Positions 1 through 8,965 of a stretch of 45,697 nt of DNA are shown piece after piece; the stretch's first letter is position 1, and each line of letters opens with the position of its first letter. Source of the DNA: a virus (Duplodnaviria > Caudoviricetes). The notes beneath the pieces were generated by a model. That model saw nothing but the letters and a program-made list of their open reading frames with translations. It ran no database searches and had not been told where the DNA came from. Location: positions 1 through 45,697 of IMG/VR virus record IMGVR_UViG_3300040733_000122; one strand, 5' to 3'. Position numbers and translations under genes: made by a program.

Positions 1-1203
1 ATGAGACAGAAGCTAGTAATCTTGCCAAAGCTGAACCATTGCGGAGGAGATCCCGCGAAACAGTGGTTCGTATATTATTCATGCCGCAATCCTAAATCAG
101 GTAAAATGGTCCGGTTCCGTGTTTATGACGGATTTACTGACCTTTCTCCCAAGGAGAAGTATCAACACGCGAAACAACTCATCGACCTCTATTCCGAAAG
201 ATTAAAGGCTGGGTGGTCACCATTTACAGATACTTCTGAAGCACTCTACACTGATCATATCGATTATAAAACTGTTGCCGATCTGTATGGGAATAAACGT
301 GCCGGCAATAATACGCTCCGCCCTGCGATATCAGCTTTTCTCGAGGAGCTGCAGCCAGGAGTGTCCGTTGCCACCTTTCAGACTTACCAGTCAAAGTTCC
401 GGATCTTCGCACTCTGGATTGAAAAGCAAGGTCTTGCCGGCAATGACCTTGCGACTATAAACAATTCAACAATAAAAGATTTCTTCTGGTTTCTGATCAG
501 GATCCGAAAGCTCTCAGGTAATTCGATCACAAAATACCGTCGTAATTTAAATGCCCTTTTTGACTACCTCTATAAGAGGAAAATCATTCTCATAAATCCT
601 GTTTATGACATTCCTATCTGTGACAGAATAAATGACCAGGCACCACGACCTATCTCCAGGGATGATATCGACCGGTTCCGGAAGGAACTGATCAAGGATC
701 CAGAACTGTGGCTTGCAGTACAATTCGAGTATTACTGTGCTCTCCGGCCGGGGCATGAATTGCGTGAGATGAAGATCAAGGATCTCGACCTGGTTGCGGG
801 AACAGTCCGGGTTTCACGTTCGCGTGCAAAAAACAGGCATGAGCGTGTTGTTACAATTCCCTCCCAGTTGCTTGAGCAGCTTCGTGGATTCTATCATCTC
901 CAGAAATATGGCAAAGAGCTGTATGTGTTCGGCAAAGGCGGCTGCCCTGGTCACCAACCCATAGGAAAGAATAAACTCCGGTACAAGTTCAATGCTATAC
1001 GGAAACGCCTGGGTATGCCCTATGAGTACAAGTTTTATTCCTGGAAGCATACTGGTGCCATTGAAGCTGATGAAGCCAACATACCAACCAAGGATATAAG
1101 TCGGCACCTGGGGCATGAGTCATTGAAATCAACGGATGCGTACTTCAGAAATAAAAAACCGGGGATATCCCGGGCGATTAGAGATAATTACCCGAGCTTA
1201 TAA
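1..1203 (+). CDS. int: Tyrosine recombinase / phage integrase
   Basis: Catalytic pattern ALRPGHEL (R), YSWKHTG (HxxR variant), LGHES and TDAY; SAM-like middle domain. Confidence 0.92.
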   Translation: MRQKLVILPKLNHCGGDPAKQWFVYYSCRNPKSGKMVRFRVYDGFTDLSPKEKYQHAKQLIDLYSERLKAGWSPFTDTSEALYTDHIDYKTVADLYGNKRAGNNTLRPAISAFLEELQPGVSVATFQTYQSKFRIFALWIEKQGLAGNDLATINNSTIKDFFWFLIRIRKLSGNSITKYRRNLNALFDYLYKRKIILINPVYDIPICDRINDQAPRPISRDDIDRFRKELIKDPELWLAVQFEYYCALRPGHELREMKIKDLDLVAGTVRVSRSRAKNRHERVVTIPSQLLEQLRGFYHLQKYGKELYVFGKGGCPGHQPIGKNKLRYKFNAIRKRLGMPYEYKFYSWKHTGAIEADEANIPTKDISRHLGHESLKSTDAYFRNKKPGISRAIRDNYPSL

Positions 1204-2913
1204 ACGCAAGAGTTTCAAATCACTAATTACAAGCCTGTTCTTAAATAACTCTGCAGTGAAAGTATCAACGATGAACTTATCATTACCATAAAATACCGGC
1301 CTTGAGAAATCAATCAGATCTTCCAGAGGAACTAGCGTTTCAGAATTAATTGTGCACAATTGCTGTCGATTGAGCTTCCATTCAATTATTTCTCCCAATA
1401 ACCTGTCAACCAAACCATAGGTACCGCCCCATCGCAAAGCCATGTTAGCATCGTCAATCTTGGCGCCTAAAGCATTATAGACATCAAATGATCCCATAGG
1501 ATAGGACAATGACGAAGGAGCGCCTGAGGCTGGCACAATATAGCATGGTTGCACCCCTCTGGCAAAGCAGAACATCAATGGATAATCTATAAAAGATGCT
1601 GCCCAGCCTTGCAGGTCACATCTTGGAACTACATAGTCTATATCGGTATAACGTGTCTGTTCATTATACTCGAATGATATTTGCCTTACATATGTGTACT
1701 GACCAACATGAGATGAATTAATCTCGGTCTCAGATACCTCAGAACCGGCCAAATGCGGGAAACTGTTCACACACCTTCGCTCAATTACATAAGAGCCATC
1801 AGAGTTTATTACTTCATAATAGCACGATTCTGATCTCACAAGATAAAAGGTCCTCAAAGGACCTGCTGGAATATCCCGTAGTTTAGCGACTTCCTGAGGA
1901 GTGTATTTATACATGTCAGAAATTGAATCGTATCCATTAACCATCCATGGATCTCCTGATACAAATGGCAACCTTACCCCACTAATCCGATTTTTATCAA
2001 AACTCTTTAATGCAGTATTGGAGATGATACTCCTGGGTTGTTTCTTCAAAATGTTTTGAATACTGACGATCGAAACACTTCGACTATTCTCCTCAATAAG
2101 TGCTACTATCCCAAATCTGTCCCTTAAAGTTTTTAGAAAGTCAACGATCCTGATTCCCGGAACATGATCACTATAGCGGATAAGTGCAGGCTCATTATAA
2201 CGACGTCTGTATGTATTGAAAACAGTTAACCTTCTAAGATCCGGATCCTCACGGAAAATGTTAGAGTTTATTCTGTATCCATATTCATTGAAAATTGACT
2301 CTACAATTAATCCAGCGAACAGATATATCGTATTATTATAGCCTATGCCCGATGGTGGATAAGATAGAAAAGGTTCGCCTGTTTCTTCATCATGATCGAC
2401 TGGGTTTACAACTTTGCAGTTCTCGCTTTCTTCAACCCCGCTGGCATTAGGCATATAAGCCATAAATACTGCGAAATCATTTTCCGGGAAGGATGCATCA
2501 AGGAAATCATTGAAATACTCAACCATATCCTCTTCATCTGCCAGACCTCCTAATGGATAACGATCGCCACCGTAAGATAAATCTCTCAAAGTCTTATCTC
2601 CCACAGCAAGATAGAATGCCCCTCTTTCAGGAATAAACGATGCTTCAATAGTTGCTTCAGAAGCTTCACTGACCTTCCAGGTTCCCAGATATTCGTGATG
2701 TCCGATTTTAATCTTGCCTGCTACTAGTGTCGAGTTATTGATTCCTTTACCAGATGGCCAGTTAAATGCCTTTTGTACTGCCAGGTTATTTCCGTTAAAA
2801 GTAATCGGGAAGGAATAACCTCCCATATCATTGAGAATAGGATTAAAGTATTTTATGCTCAGAGCTTCAGATAGAGGTACCTGAATATTATTGACATATA
2901 GTTTTACTGTCAT
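1198..2913 (-). CDS. Putative tail/baseplate hub protein
   Basis: 571-aa ORF at the end of the late operon, with an N-terminal 'NPIL...YSFPIT' pattern seen in phage tail proteins; call rests on position. Confidence 0.6.
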   Translation of the reverse strand: MTVKLYVNNIQVPLSEALSIKYFNPILNDMGGYSFPITFNGNNLAVQKAFNWPSGKGINNSTLVAGKIKIGHHEYLGTWKVSEASEATIEASFIPERGAFYLAVGDKTLRDLSYGGDRYPLGGLADEEDMVEYFNDFLDASFPENDFAVFMAYMPNASGVEESENCKVVNPVDHDEETGEPFLSYPPSGIGYNNTIYLFAGLIVESIFNEYGYRINSNIFREDPDLRRLTVFNTYRRRYNEPALIRYSDHVPGIRIVDFLKTLRDRFGIVALIEENSRSVSIVSIQNILKKQPRSIISNTALKSFDKNRISGVRLPFVSGDPWMVNGYDSISDMYKYTPQEVAKLRDIPAGPLRTFYLVRSESCYYEVINSDGSYVIERRCVNSFPHLAGSEVSETEINSSHVGQYTYVRQISFEYNEQTRYTDIDYVVPRCDLQGWAASFIDYPLMFCFARGVQPCYIVPASGAPSSLSYPMGSFDVYNALGAKIDDANMALRWGGTYGLVDRLLGEIIEWKLNRQQLCTINSETLVPLEDLIDFSRPVFYGNDKFIVDTFTAELFKNRLVISDLKLLRL

Positions 2914-4565
2914 TGGGCCAGTTCAAAATCATCAGCAAAAGATTCGTTCGCAAGATTACCGGTGATTTCCTTGGTAAAGAATTCATCAGTAAATGCGTTT
3001 GTGAACTCAAAGGAATAACCCTTGAGGTTGTCACGGTCCCTGCCATGGTCAAAGGATGTATTCAATAACCTGATCGGGACCAGGCATTGTTTTGTTTGTA
3101 GTCCGGAATTATCATAGGCTACTTTCGCATAGTATATCTCTTTGCTGAGGGCAAAATCACGCAACCAATTCCGGAACTCTTCCGCATCACCATATCTTGA
3201 CAACCAGCCTACGCTTGCTTGAAATACTCTGCTTTCAGAAGTATGAACATCGATCTCCTCTCTGTCAAGGAAGCTAAGATCGGCCCCGGGATCCTGAACA
3301 ACCGTTTCTCTGGAGAGCTCCTCACTGCTGCTTAAGATACCCGTCACACGCAACACATCATAAGCACCAAGCGAATTTTTAAATATGAAATACCTTGTGC
3401 TGGGATATTCTTTGTAGTCGACCACGAAGGTTCTCACTTCAGAAATTACTACATCCAATTGATTAGCTAACCAAACATCTACCTTAATAAGATTCTCAGT
3501 AGATATATCGCCGTCATCAACAAACGGAATAAGACCAAGTAAGATTTCATAGATCCCTTTATCAACAACGCCTTCTTGTGAATCAATGGTTAGTGTCTCA
3601 TCTGTGCCGTTCGCAAAATAACTTTTTGCGACCACACGGATTGTGGTTGCTCCTGAATAGTTGAGATAATAGAGCTTGATCGGCTCTTGCGGAGCTACCC
3701 GACGAAGTAAAGGAGCCCAGCTGAGGAAATACTTGTTTGCCTGGAGCTGGGCCCAGAATGTTGTTGCTTCGGTGTTATACTTAGCAATCTGCCGGAAACT
3801 TAGTCCGCCTCCAATTGCCACATAGGAGCCGCTCTCCTGCAATGCCTGGTATTCACTGTCACCCCATCGCTCTCCATACAGAAAGTTCCACTCTACTGAC
3901 ATGTCTGCCCGGGCTCTTATCATATCTTCTGTCGGCCCAGGCTTTTCCGGCCAGGTAAATGTTGACTCAATAAATGCCTGCAGGTACCTGCTTACATCAA
4001 CTTCGGCGAGACCCGACTCATCTACATTCAACAGTATCTCCGTGACAAACTCTCCTCCTACATATAGTAGAACCACAATGTAATAGAACGGCTCCAGCGT
4101 ATAATCAGTACCGTTCTTATTCGTCTCTGTCGGAGTCACATCGATACCTGGTCCGGCCGTGAACTCCTGCGAGTATGCACTTCCCTCCAGTTTGGCTGTC
4201 AGGGTTATTTCTGCTCCATCCACCGAAAGGTCATAATATCTTGCAATCAGGTAGTTCTTCTCAAGATCAGATGCTATCAATGTAACCCAATTTGCAAGAG
4301 TCAGTGCCACACTGTTGTCGTGAAATTCTGTTCCGCTGTTATCCGGGGCTGTTTTACAAGTGAATCGGACTGTTTGGCCCGCTAATAATAGGTCGAAATA
4401 CTCGTCAGCAAGGGTCACTGCTGTCCATAACAATATTACCTCAGCTTTGCTACCTGCACTAGAGATAAGATTTGTTGATGCCTCAAATTTTAAAGGCACA
4501 GGATTGCCGGCAAGAACTACTGCCGGCAGTGTATTTGTGAGAGCAACCTGAGCACCAAGAGCCAT
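2910..4565 (-). CDS. Putative distal tail / structural protein
   Basis: 551-aa ORF with an 'FKNSLGAYD' motif, overlapping the next tail gene by 4 nt. Confidence 0.55.
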   Translation of the reverse strand: MALGAQVALTNTLPAVVLAGNPVPLKFEASTNLISSAGSKAEVILLWTAVTLADEYFDLLLAGQTVRFTCKTAPDNSGTEFHDNSVALTLANWVTLIASDLEKNYLIARYYDLSVDGAEITLTAKLEGSAYSQEFTAGPGIDVTPTETNKNGTDYTLEPFYYIVVLLYVGGEFVTEILLNVDESGLAEVDVSRYLQAFIESTFTWPEKPGPTEDMIRARADMSVEWNFLYGERWGDSEYQALQESGSYVAIGGGLSFRQIAKYNTEATTFWAQLQANKYFLSWAPLLRRVAPQEPIKLYYLNYSGATTIRVVAKSYFANGTDETLTIDSQEGVVDKGIYEILLGLIPFVDDGDISTENLIKVDVWLANQLDVVISEVRTFVVDYKEYPSTRYFIFKNSLGAYDVLRVTGILSSSEELSRETVVQDPGADLSFLDREEIDVHTSESRVFQASVGWLSRYGDAEEFRNWLRDFALSKEIYYAKVAYDNSGLQTKQCLVPIRLLNTSFDHGRDRDNLKGYSFEFTNAFTDEFFTKEITGNLANESFADDFELAQ

Positions 4566-4566
4566 T

Positions 4567-5133
4567 TCAGTTCAGTTCGTATACTCCTACCAGGTCCAGG
4601 TTATCAATTGCCCATTGTCTTGATCCCTCCGGATCATTATCCCAGTCACTCTCATCCATCAGTGGAGAGCATAGCAGTTCACGCATTATCATGTGCGAGA
4701 GCTCAATGCAATATACCTTCTTTGCAGCCTGGTCACCGGTCCGTCCCCGCCATTTACCTGTGAAGAACTTGTACATGAAGTCGATGAAGTTCTTCAGGTC
4801 GTAAGGGATCCCCGCGTTATATTTCAGAGTAATGATCCCAACTGAAGGCTCAACTCCAGGGTTTATACGATAGATTACCAGTCTCCGTTTCTTGCCGTCA
4901 TTATAGTACTCCTCAAATGGGGCACATACAGATACCGGAAACTTTGCTCCACATACAATACCGTTCACCATCACGTCTGTGTGATTGACAGGCTTCCTCC
5001 ATATACGGCGAAACCGGAGAACATACAGACGCATCCAGAACTGGATCTGTCTTGCCAGAAACCCATAACTACGAACATAAATCAGGTATGCTCCTTCAGT
5101 AAGGGCCGGGTTGATTTCTGCTAGTGTTTTCAT
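4567..5133 (-). CDS. Permuted papain-like (NlpC/P60, YiiX-like) amidase/peptidase
   Basis: His (NHTDV) precedes GIPYD and Cys (YCIEL), the permuted His...Cys order. Confidence 0.6.
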   Translation of the reverse strand: MKTLAEINPALTEGAYLIYVRSYGFLARQIQFWMRLYVLRFRRIWRKPVNHTDVMVNGIVCGAKFPVSVCAPFEEYYNDGKKRRLVIYRINPGVEPSVGIITLKYNAGIPYDLKNFIDFMYKFFTGKWRGRTGDQAAKKVYCIELSHMIMRELLCSPLMDESDWDNDPEGSRQWAIDNLDLVGVYELN

Positions 5134-5471
5134 TGTGTGAGTTCTTTTTTTGCTTGTTTTACTTTTGTCTTGAAAATCTCATAAATCAACGCGGCAAGAC
5201 CAAGACCCAGCGCGAAGCTAATCGTCAGAGATCCGATTGAGAGCACCCATTCCGGCATGAAACGTGATACATCCAATTTAAGATCCTCCGTCATGAAAAT
5301 TATCAGCAATGCCATATCGACCAAAACTGTCGCAGTAAGTTCCGGCCAGTTATCGAACCACCAGAACTTCAGGCTAAACGACTGATCCTTTCTTCTACGG
5401 TTGCCATACTTCGTGATAAAACATACCAGGATGCCTATCAGGTTAAGAAGAATGATTAAGAACGTGTGCAT
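5130..5471 (-). CDS. Small three-TM membrane protein (holin-like)
   Basis: Three hydrophobic segments and a basic C-terminus in 113 aa. Confidence 0.5.
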   Translation of the reverse strand: MHTFLIILLNLIGILVCFITKYGNRRRKDQSFSLKFWWFDNWPELTATVLVDMALLIIFMTEDLKLDVSRFMPEWVLSIGSLTISFALGLGLAALIYEIFKTKVKQAKKELTQ

Positions 5472-5473
5472 GG

Positions 5474-7123
5474 TTATAAGTTATTAAGTACAAATTGTCC
5501 GTTATGGTATACTCCTTGGGATCCAACTACCAGGATCGGGTTTGATCTCCACTCATAAGCTCCGATATCAGGTAGACCTATTATCGAATGCCCAAGGTAG
5601 TCTGATGTGAGGCCAATATTTATTCCTGCATTAATACAAGATGACCCTTCCTGCAGTCTAAGATCTGTGGAAGATCTGACCATTGGATCACCAGTAATAT
5701 TGTTGCTTTCAATTAGATTATCGTATGTGACGGCTCCATCATAATAGACACTAGTTGTTGTGTTGCCGTAGAAATCGTTATTTGTAACTGTCGGATTATA
5801 TATTGTTGGCGTTCCACTGCCGTTTAGGGTAAAGCGTATGGGTCTACCGAAAACTCCATTTATTATGTTGTTTTGAATGTCCAGATTTGTAATATTACCC
5901 CATGCAGAAACATGAATACCGGCATATGAAGCTAAAGCTGCTGTTATTGTGTTGTTCTGAATCTTTATGTTACTAAATGGAACTCCTATAGCATCATTCC
6001 AGTTAGACAAAATGATAATTGCACTACTGTAGTTATTAGTTGTATTTCCAACACCCTCGATCACATTTAGTCTGATTGTTACATTATCTGAACTGATTTG
6101 ACAATTGTTCAGCCAAATTGCGATCCTGGGATGTTTGAAATAGTTCCTCTCAACAATAATGTCATCCTCATAATCAAAAGATTCAAGGTCTATCGCAGGC
6201 TGAAAATGATCACCTGCAGGAGGAGGAGCTTCATTGATAAAATTATTATGATGGAACCACCCACCATAATCGTATGTTCCTTTCTGAGAACCAGAAAAGT
6301 CAAAACATGCAGCACCGAGAAAGTTACAATATGCAAACTCCATCCCTCCATGGCTGTAATGAATCTCAGCAAAGAAATTCCACCCGGTACCATTCAGATC
6401 ATTCTTGACAAAAGTTGTATGTAAAATCTGTAAACCATAATTCTGATAACCTGCAATAACATCAGCATTCTCACCATCTATACGACCCCTTTGATCTAAA
6501 ATACAGCTATCTATTAGTAAGGCAGAGGTACCCTCAAACCGAATACACCCGGATGTAGAATTTCCTGCATATTGAGTACAGTTAATTATCTGACAATTAA
6601 TTATAGAATTATTGGTGGCGAGTGTATTTGTAGGAGTGGTGTTATAAATTGAAGCTGTTCCATCAATCCATATCCCATTATAAAGGAAATCATGCAAATA
6701 ACAATCACGAACAGTGATATTGCTGCGGAAATTGATTTTTATAGCACATACTCCGGTTAGTGAGTTACCATCAAACTCAATACCTGAAATAATAGCCGTA
6801 CCATCAATTGAGTTTCCAGACGCTGTATTGAAATTGAAAACGGGATTTAACGCCGTTCCAGCAATTATCTTAACCTGTCCAAGTGCAACGATAGAAACGC
6901 CGGGCATAAAACTACTCTGAGAAGTTTCTGTGTAAGTTCCAGCTTGTGAAAAAACTGTATCACCAAATGTTGTTACTGAAGTTGAAGCCTTATAAAACGT
7001 TGCCCAGGGATAATCAGGTGAACCTGTGCCCGTTTCATCATTACCATCTGCAGCAATATACCAGTTACTTGCTGATGCGAGCAGTGAAATGACCAACAGC
7101 GGAATAATAAGTAGTTTCTTCAT
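5474..7123 (-). CDS. Secreted right-handed beta-helix (pectin-lyase-like) protein, possible depolymerase/adhesin
   Basis: Signal peptide MKKLLIIPLLVISLLASA; WYIAADGNDETGTGSPDYPWAT start motif; Asn/Ile-rich repeats; C-terminal LQEGSSCINAG...PDIGAYE. Confidence 0.75.
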   Translation of the reverse strand: MKKLLIIPLLVISLLASASNWYIAADGNDETGTGSPDYPWATFYKASTSVTTFGDTVFSQAGTYTETSQSSFMPGVSIVALGQVKIIAGTALNPVFNFNTASGNSIDGTAIISGIEFDGNSLTGVCAIKINFRSNITVRDCYLHDFLYNGIWIDGTASIYNTTPTNTLATNNSIINCQIINCTQYAGNSTSGCIRFEGTSALLIDSCILDQRGRIDGENADVIAGYQNYGLQILHTTFVKNDLNGTGWNFFAEIHYSHGGMEFAYCNFLGAACFDFSGSQKGTYDYGGWFHHNNFINEAPPPAGDHFQPAIDLESFDYEDDIIVERNYFKHPRIAIWLNNCQISSDNVTIRLNVIEGVGNTTNNYSSAIIILSNWNDAIGVPFSNIKIQNNTITAALASYAGIHVSAWGNITNLDIQNNIINGVFGRPIRFTLNGSGTPTIYNPTVTNNDFYGNTTTSVYYDGAVTYDNLIESNNITGDPMVRSSTDLRLQEGSSCINAGINIGLTSDYLGHSIIGLPDIGAYEWRSNPILVVGSQGVYHNGQFVLNNL

Positions 7124-7134
7124 CGATAATTATT

Positions 7135-8196
7135 TTATTCAATTGAACCATCCCAGCCGGCTATCCTGGCGAGTAGCCACCACATAGCTTTACCCAACCT
7201 CAGGGCCCCAACCTCTCCAATGTGATCTTCGGCGTAATCATCGTTATAAGCCCCCTCATTCCAGGAGGCATCGTAGTTTAATAGATTATCTGGATGTATT
7301 TGATCATGGTACCGGAGATCCCCACCATCATTCCATGCAACCTGATAATGTTCGTTTGCATTATTGTAAACGAGTATGTCTGCGTAGTCAAACAAAATAG
7401 CATCTTCATGAGCTGCCACATACTCCCTTATATGAGTGTTTTTCAGCTCCCGCTGAAATGCATTCTCGGTTCCAGCATTATCGTCTACCGGTCCGGTCGT
7501 AAATATTACTATTGTTGGAATCGAATTATTTGCCATGTACGTATTGTACGACTCCATCGCGGCCAGGTAGGTATCCATACATGTGGCATTTCCTGTTAAC
7601 GCCTGATCCGCGGCATCAAGCCCCCATCTGCCATTCGCATCACCGGCCCAATGTATATCATATACTGGATCTAATCCACCACCAGGAGCGTTATTCCATG
7701 TCGTTTCATACGACCATCCATTAAAAACTACTGTATACGGGTTTCCCCCGGCATCCTGGCCATCAATTACACTACAGTAACTCGAGACATCATCGAGCCA
7801 AAAATTTATGCTACTCATCCATGGCCGGCCAAGGCGTAGATAACTTGTTGAGTATGTCGGTGGAGGATCGGCTGAATAAGTTGTAACCTGGTAGGTTGAG
7901 TTGAGCAGTTCAAGCAATTCAACTCCCGCCTGGTACCCCATACCATGAGACATTCCAGAGGCCCAAACAAGCATCTTTTTTACTTCATCAATCCATACAG
8001 AGGGGATATCATCGTAAAGATCCACTACCGTATGGTCGGCAATTATCTGAGTAGGAGTTGGAGGTGCGGATGGAGGACTTTTAATTAGGAAAGAACTCCC
8101 ACTTACGACCAAATTTCCGTTGTAAACAATTAATGTATCCTGTGAATGCAGTATTGAAGATGCAACAATGAAGAGCATTAAAAAAAACCTTTTCAT
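7135..8196 (-). CDS. Secreted protein, possible SGNH/esterase-like fold
   Basis: Signal peptide, Pro-rich linker, 'GMSHG' near the N-terminus, 'LFDYADI' and late D/H residues. Confidence 0.45.
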   Translation of the reverse strand: MKRFFLMLFIVASSILHSQDTLIVYNGNLVVSGSSFLIKSPPSAPPTPTQIIADHTVVDLYDDIPSVWIDEVKKMLVWASGMSHGMGYQAGVELLELLNSTYQVTTYSADPPPTYSTSYLRLGRPWMSSINFWLDDVSSYCSVIDGQDAGGNPYTVVFNGWSYETTWNNAPGGGLDPVYDIHWAGDANGRWGLDAADQALTGNATCMDTYLAAMESYNTYMANNSIPTIVIFTTGPVDDNAGTENAFQRELKNTHIREYVAAHEDAILFDYADILVYNNANEHYQVAWNDGGDLRYHDQIHPDNLLNYDASWNEGAYNDDYAEDHIGEVGALRLGKAMWWLLARIAGWDGSIE

Positions 8197-8209
8197 AGGT
8201 AAATATTAA

Positions 8210-8965
8210 TTAGGGTGTTATTGAATATGCGTTGTAAAAATAAGTCTTCACATCAGTTCTATTCTGCGCGGATTCGTTGTTACTCCTTATAATAACTTCC
8301 TTTATACTCATATTGGCATTATCTGCGTCGTATCCTATGTAGTAGGTTCCATCAAGAGCATTTGTTCCCGCATTCCCGGTAACAGGCGTATCATCATTCC
8401 ATTGAATAGATGAACTGGCGCCGTTTATTGTAGCGGTAATTACTCCGTATGTACCTAAATCTGTGGTAGCAAATAAATCGTACTGGCCAGCGTATAAAAG
8501 AATATCACCGGTTCCCCCGGCCTGATTAATCCTATTACTTGGAAGGGAGAAATATATTATGGCATGGCCATCCGCCCAATCCGTAAGTCTGACAACTATA
8601 TATACTGTAATTGGTATACTTGTAGGTGCGGATGAAACATAAAGACCGGCAGATGAGCCATAAGTAAAATCAATCTCCCCATTAGAAGCATCCCATTGAG
8701 CCCCCGGGGTTCCCTGTCCTGTCCAGTCATGATTGTTCGGACCAATGTCATTAATTCCAGTTATCTGTGTTCCATTTAATGTGAGGTTAGCTGCTGCAGC
8801 TTTCACCCAGGTAAAAGTAATACCATCACTTGTTAAGAATGAAGGGGGCTCAGATGACCCTCCCGATACATGTATAGAAGAAGCGACTACACCAGGGATT
8901 AATTGCCCGTTGACAGTTATCCCTAACAATACAAGAATTAGTAAACAATAGAGTCTTTTCATCAT
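8210..8965 (-). CDS. Secreted LamG/concanavalin-A-like protein
   Basis: Probable start MMKRLYCLL (signal peptide); beta-rich sequence ending YYIG...IKEVII. Confidence 0.55.
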   Translation of the reverse strand: MMKRLYCLLILVLLGITVNGQLIPGVVASSIHVSGGSSEPPSFLTSDGITFTWVKAAAANLTLNGTQITGINDIGPNNHDWTGQGTPGAQWDASNGEIDFTYGSSAGLYVSSAPTSIPITVYIVVRLTDWADGHAIIYFSLPSNRINQAGGTGDILLYAGQYDLFATTDLGTYGVITATINGASSSIQWNDDTPVTGNAGTNALDGTYYIGYDADNANMSIKEVIIRSNNESAQNRTDVKTYFYNAYSITP

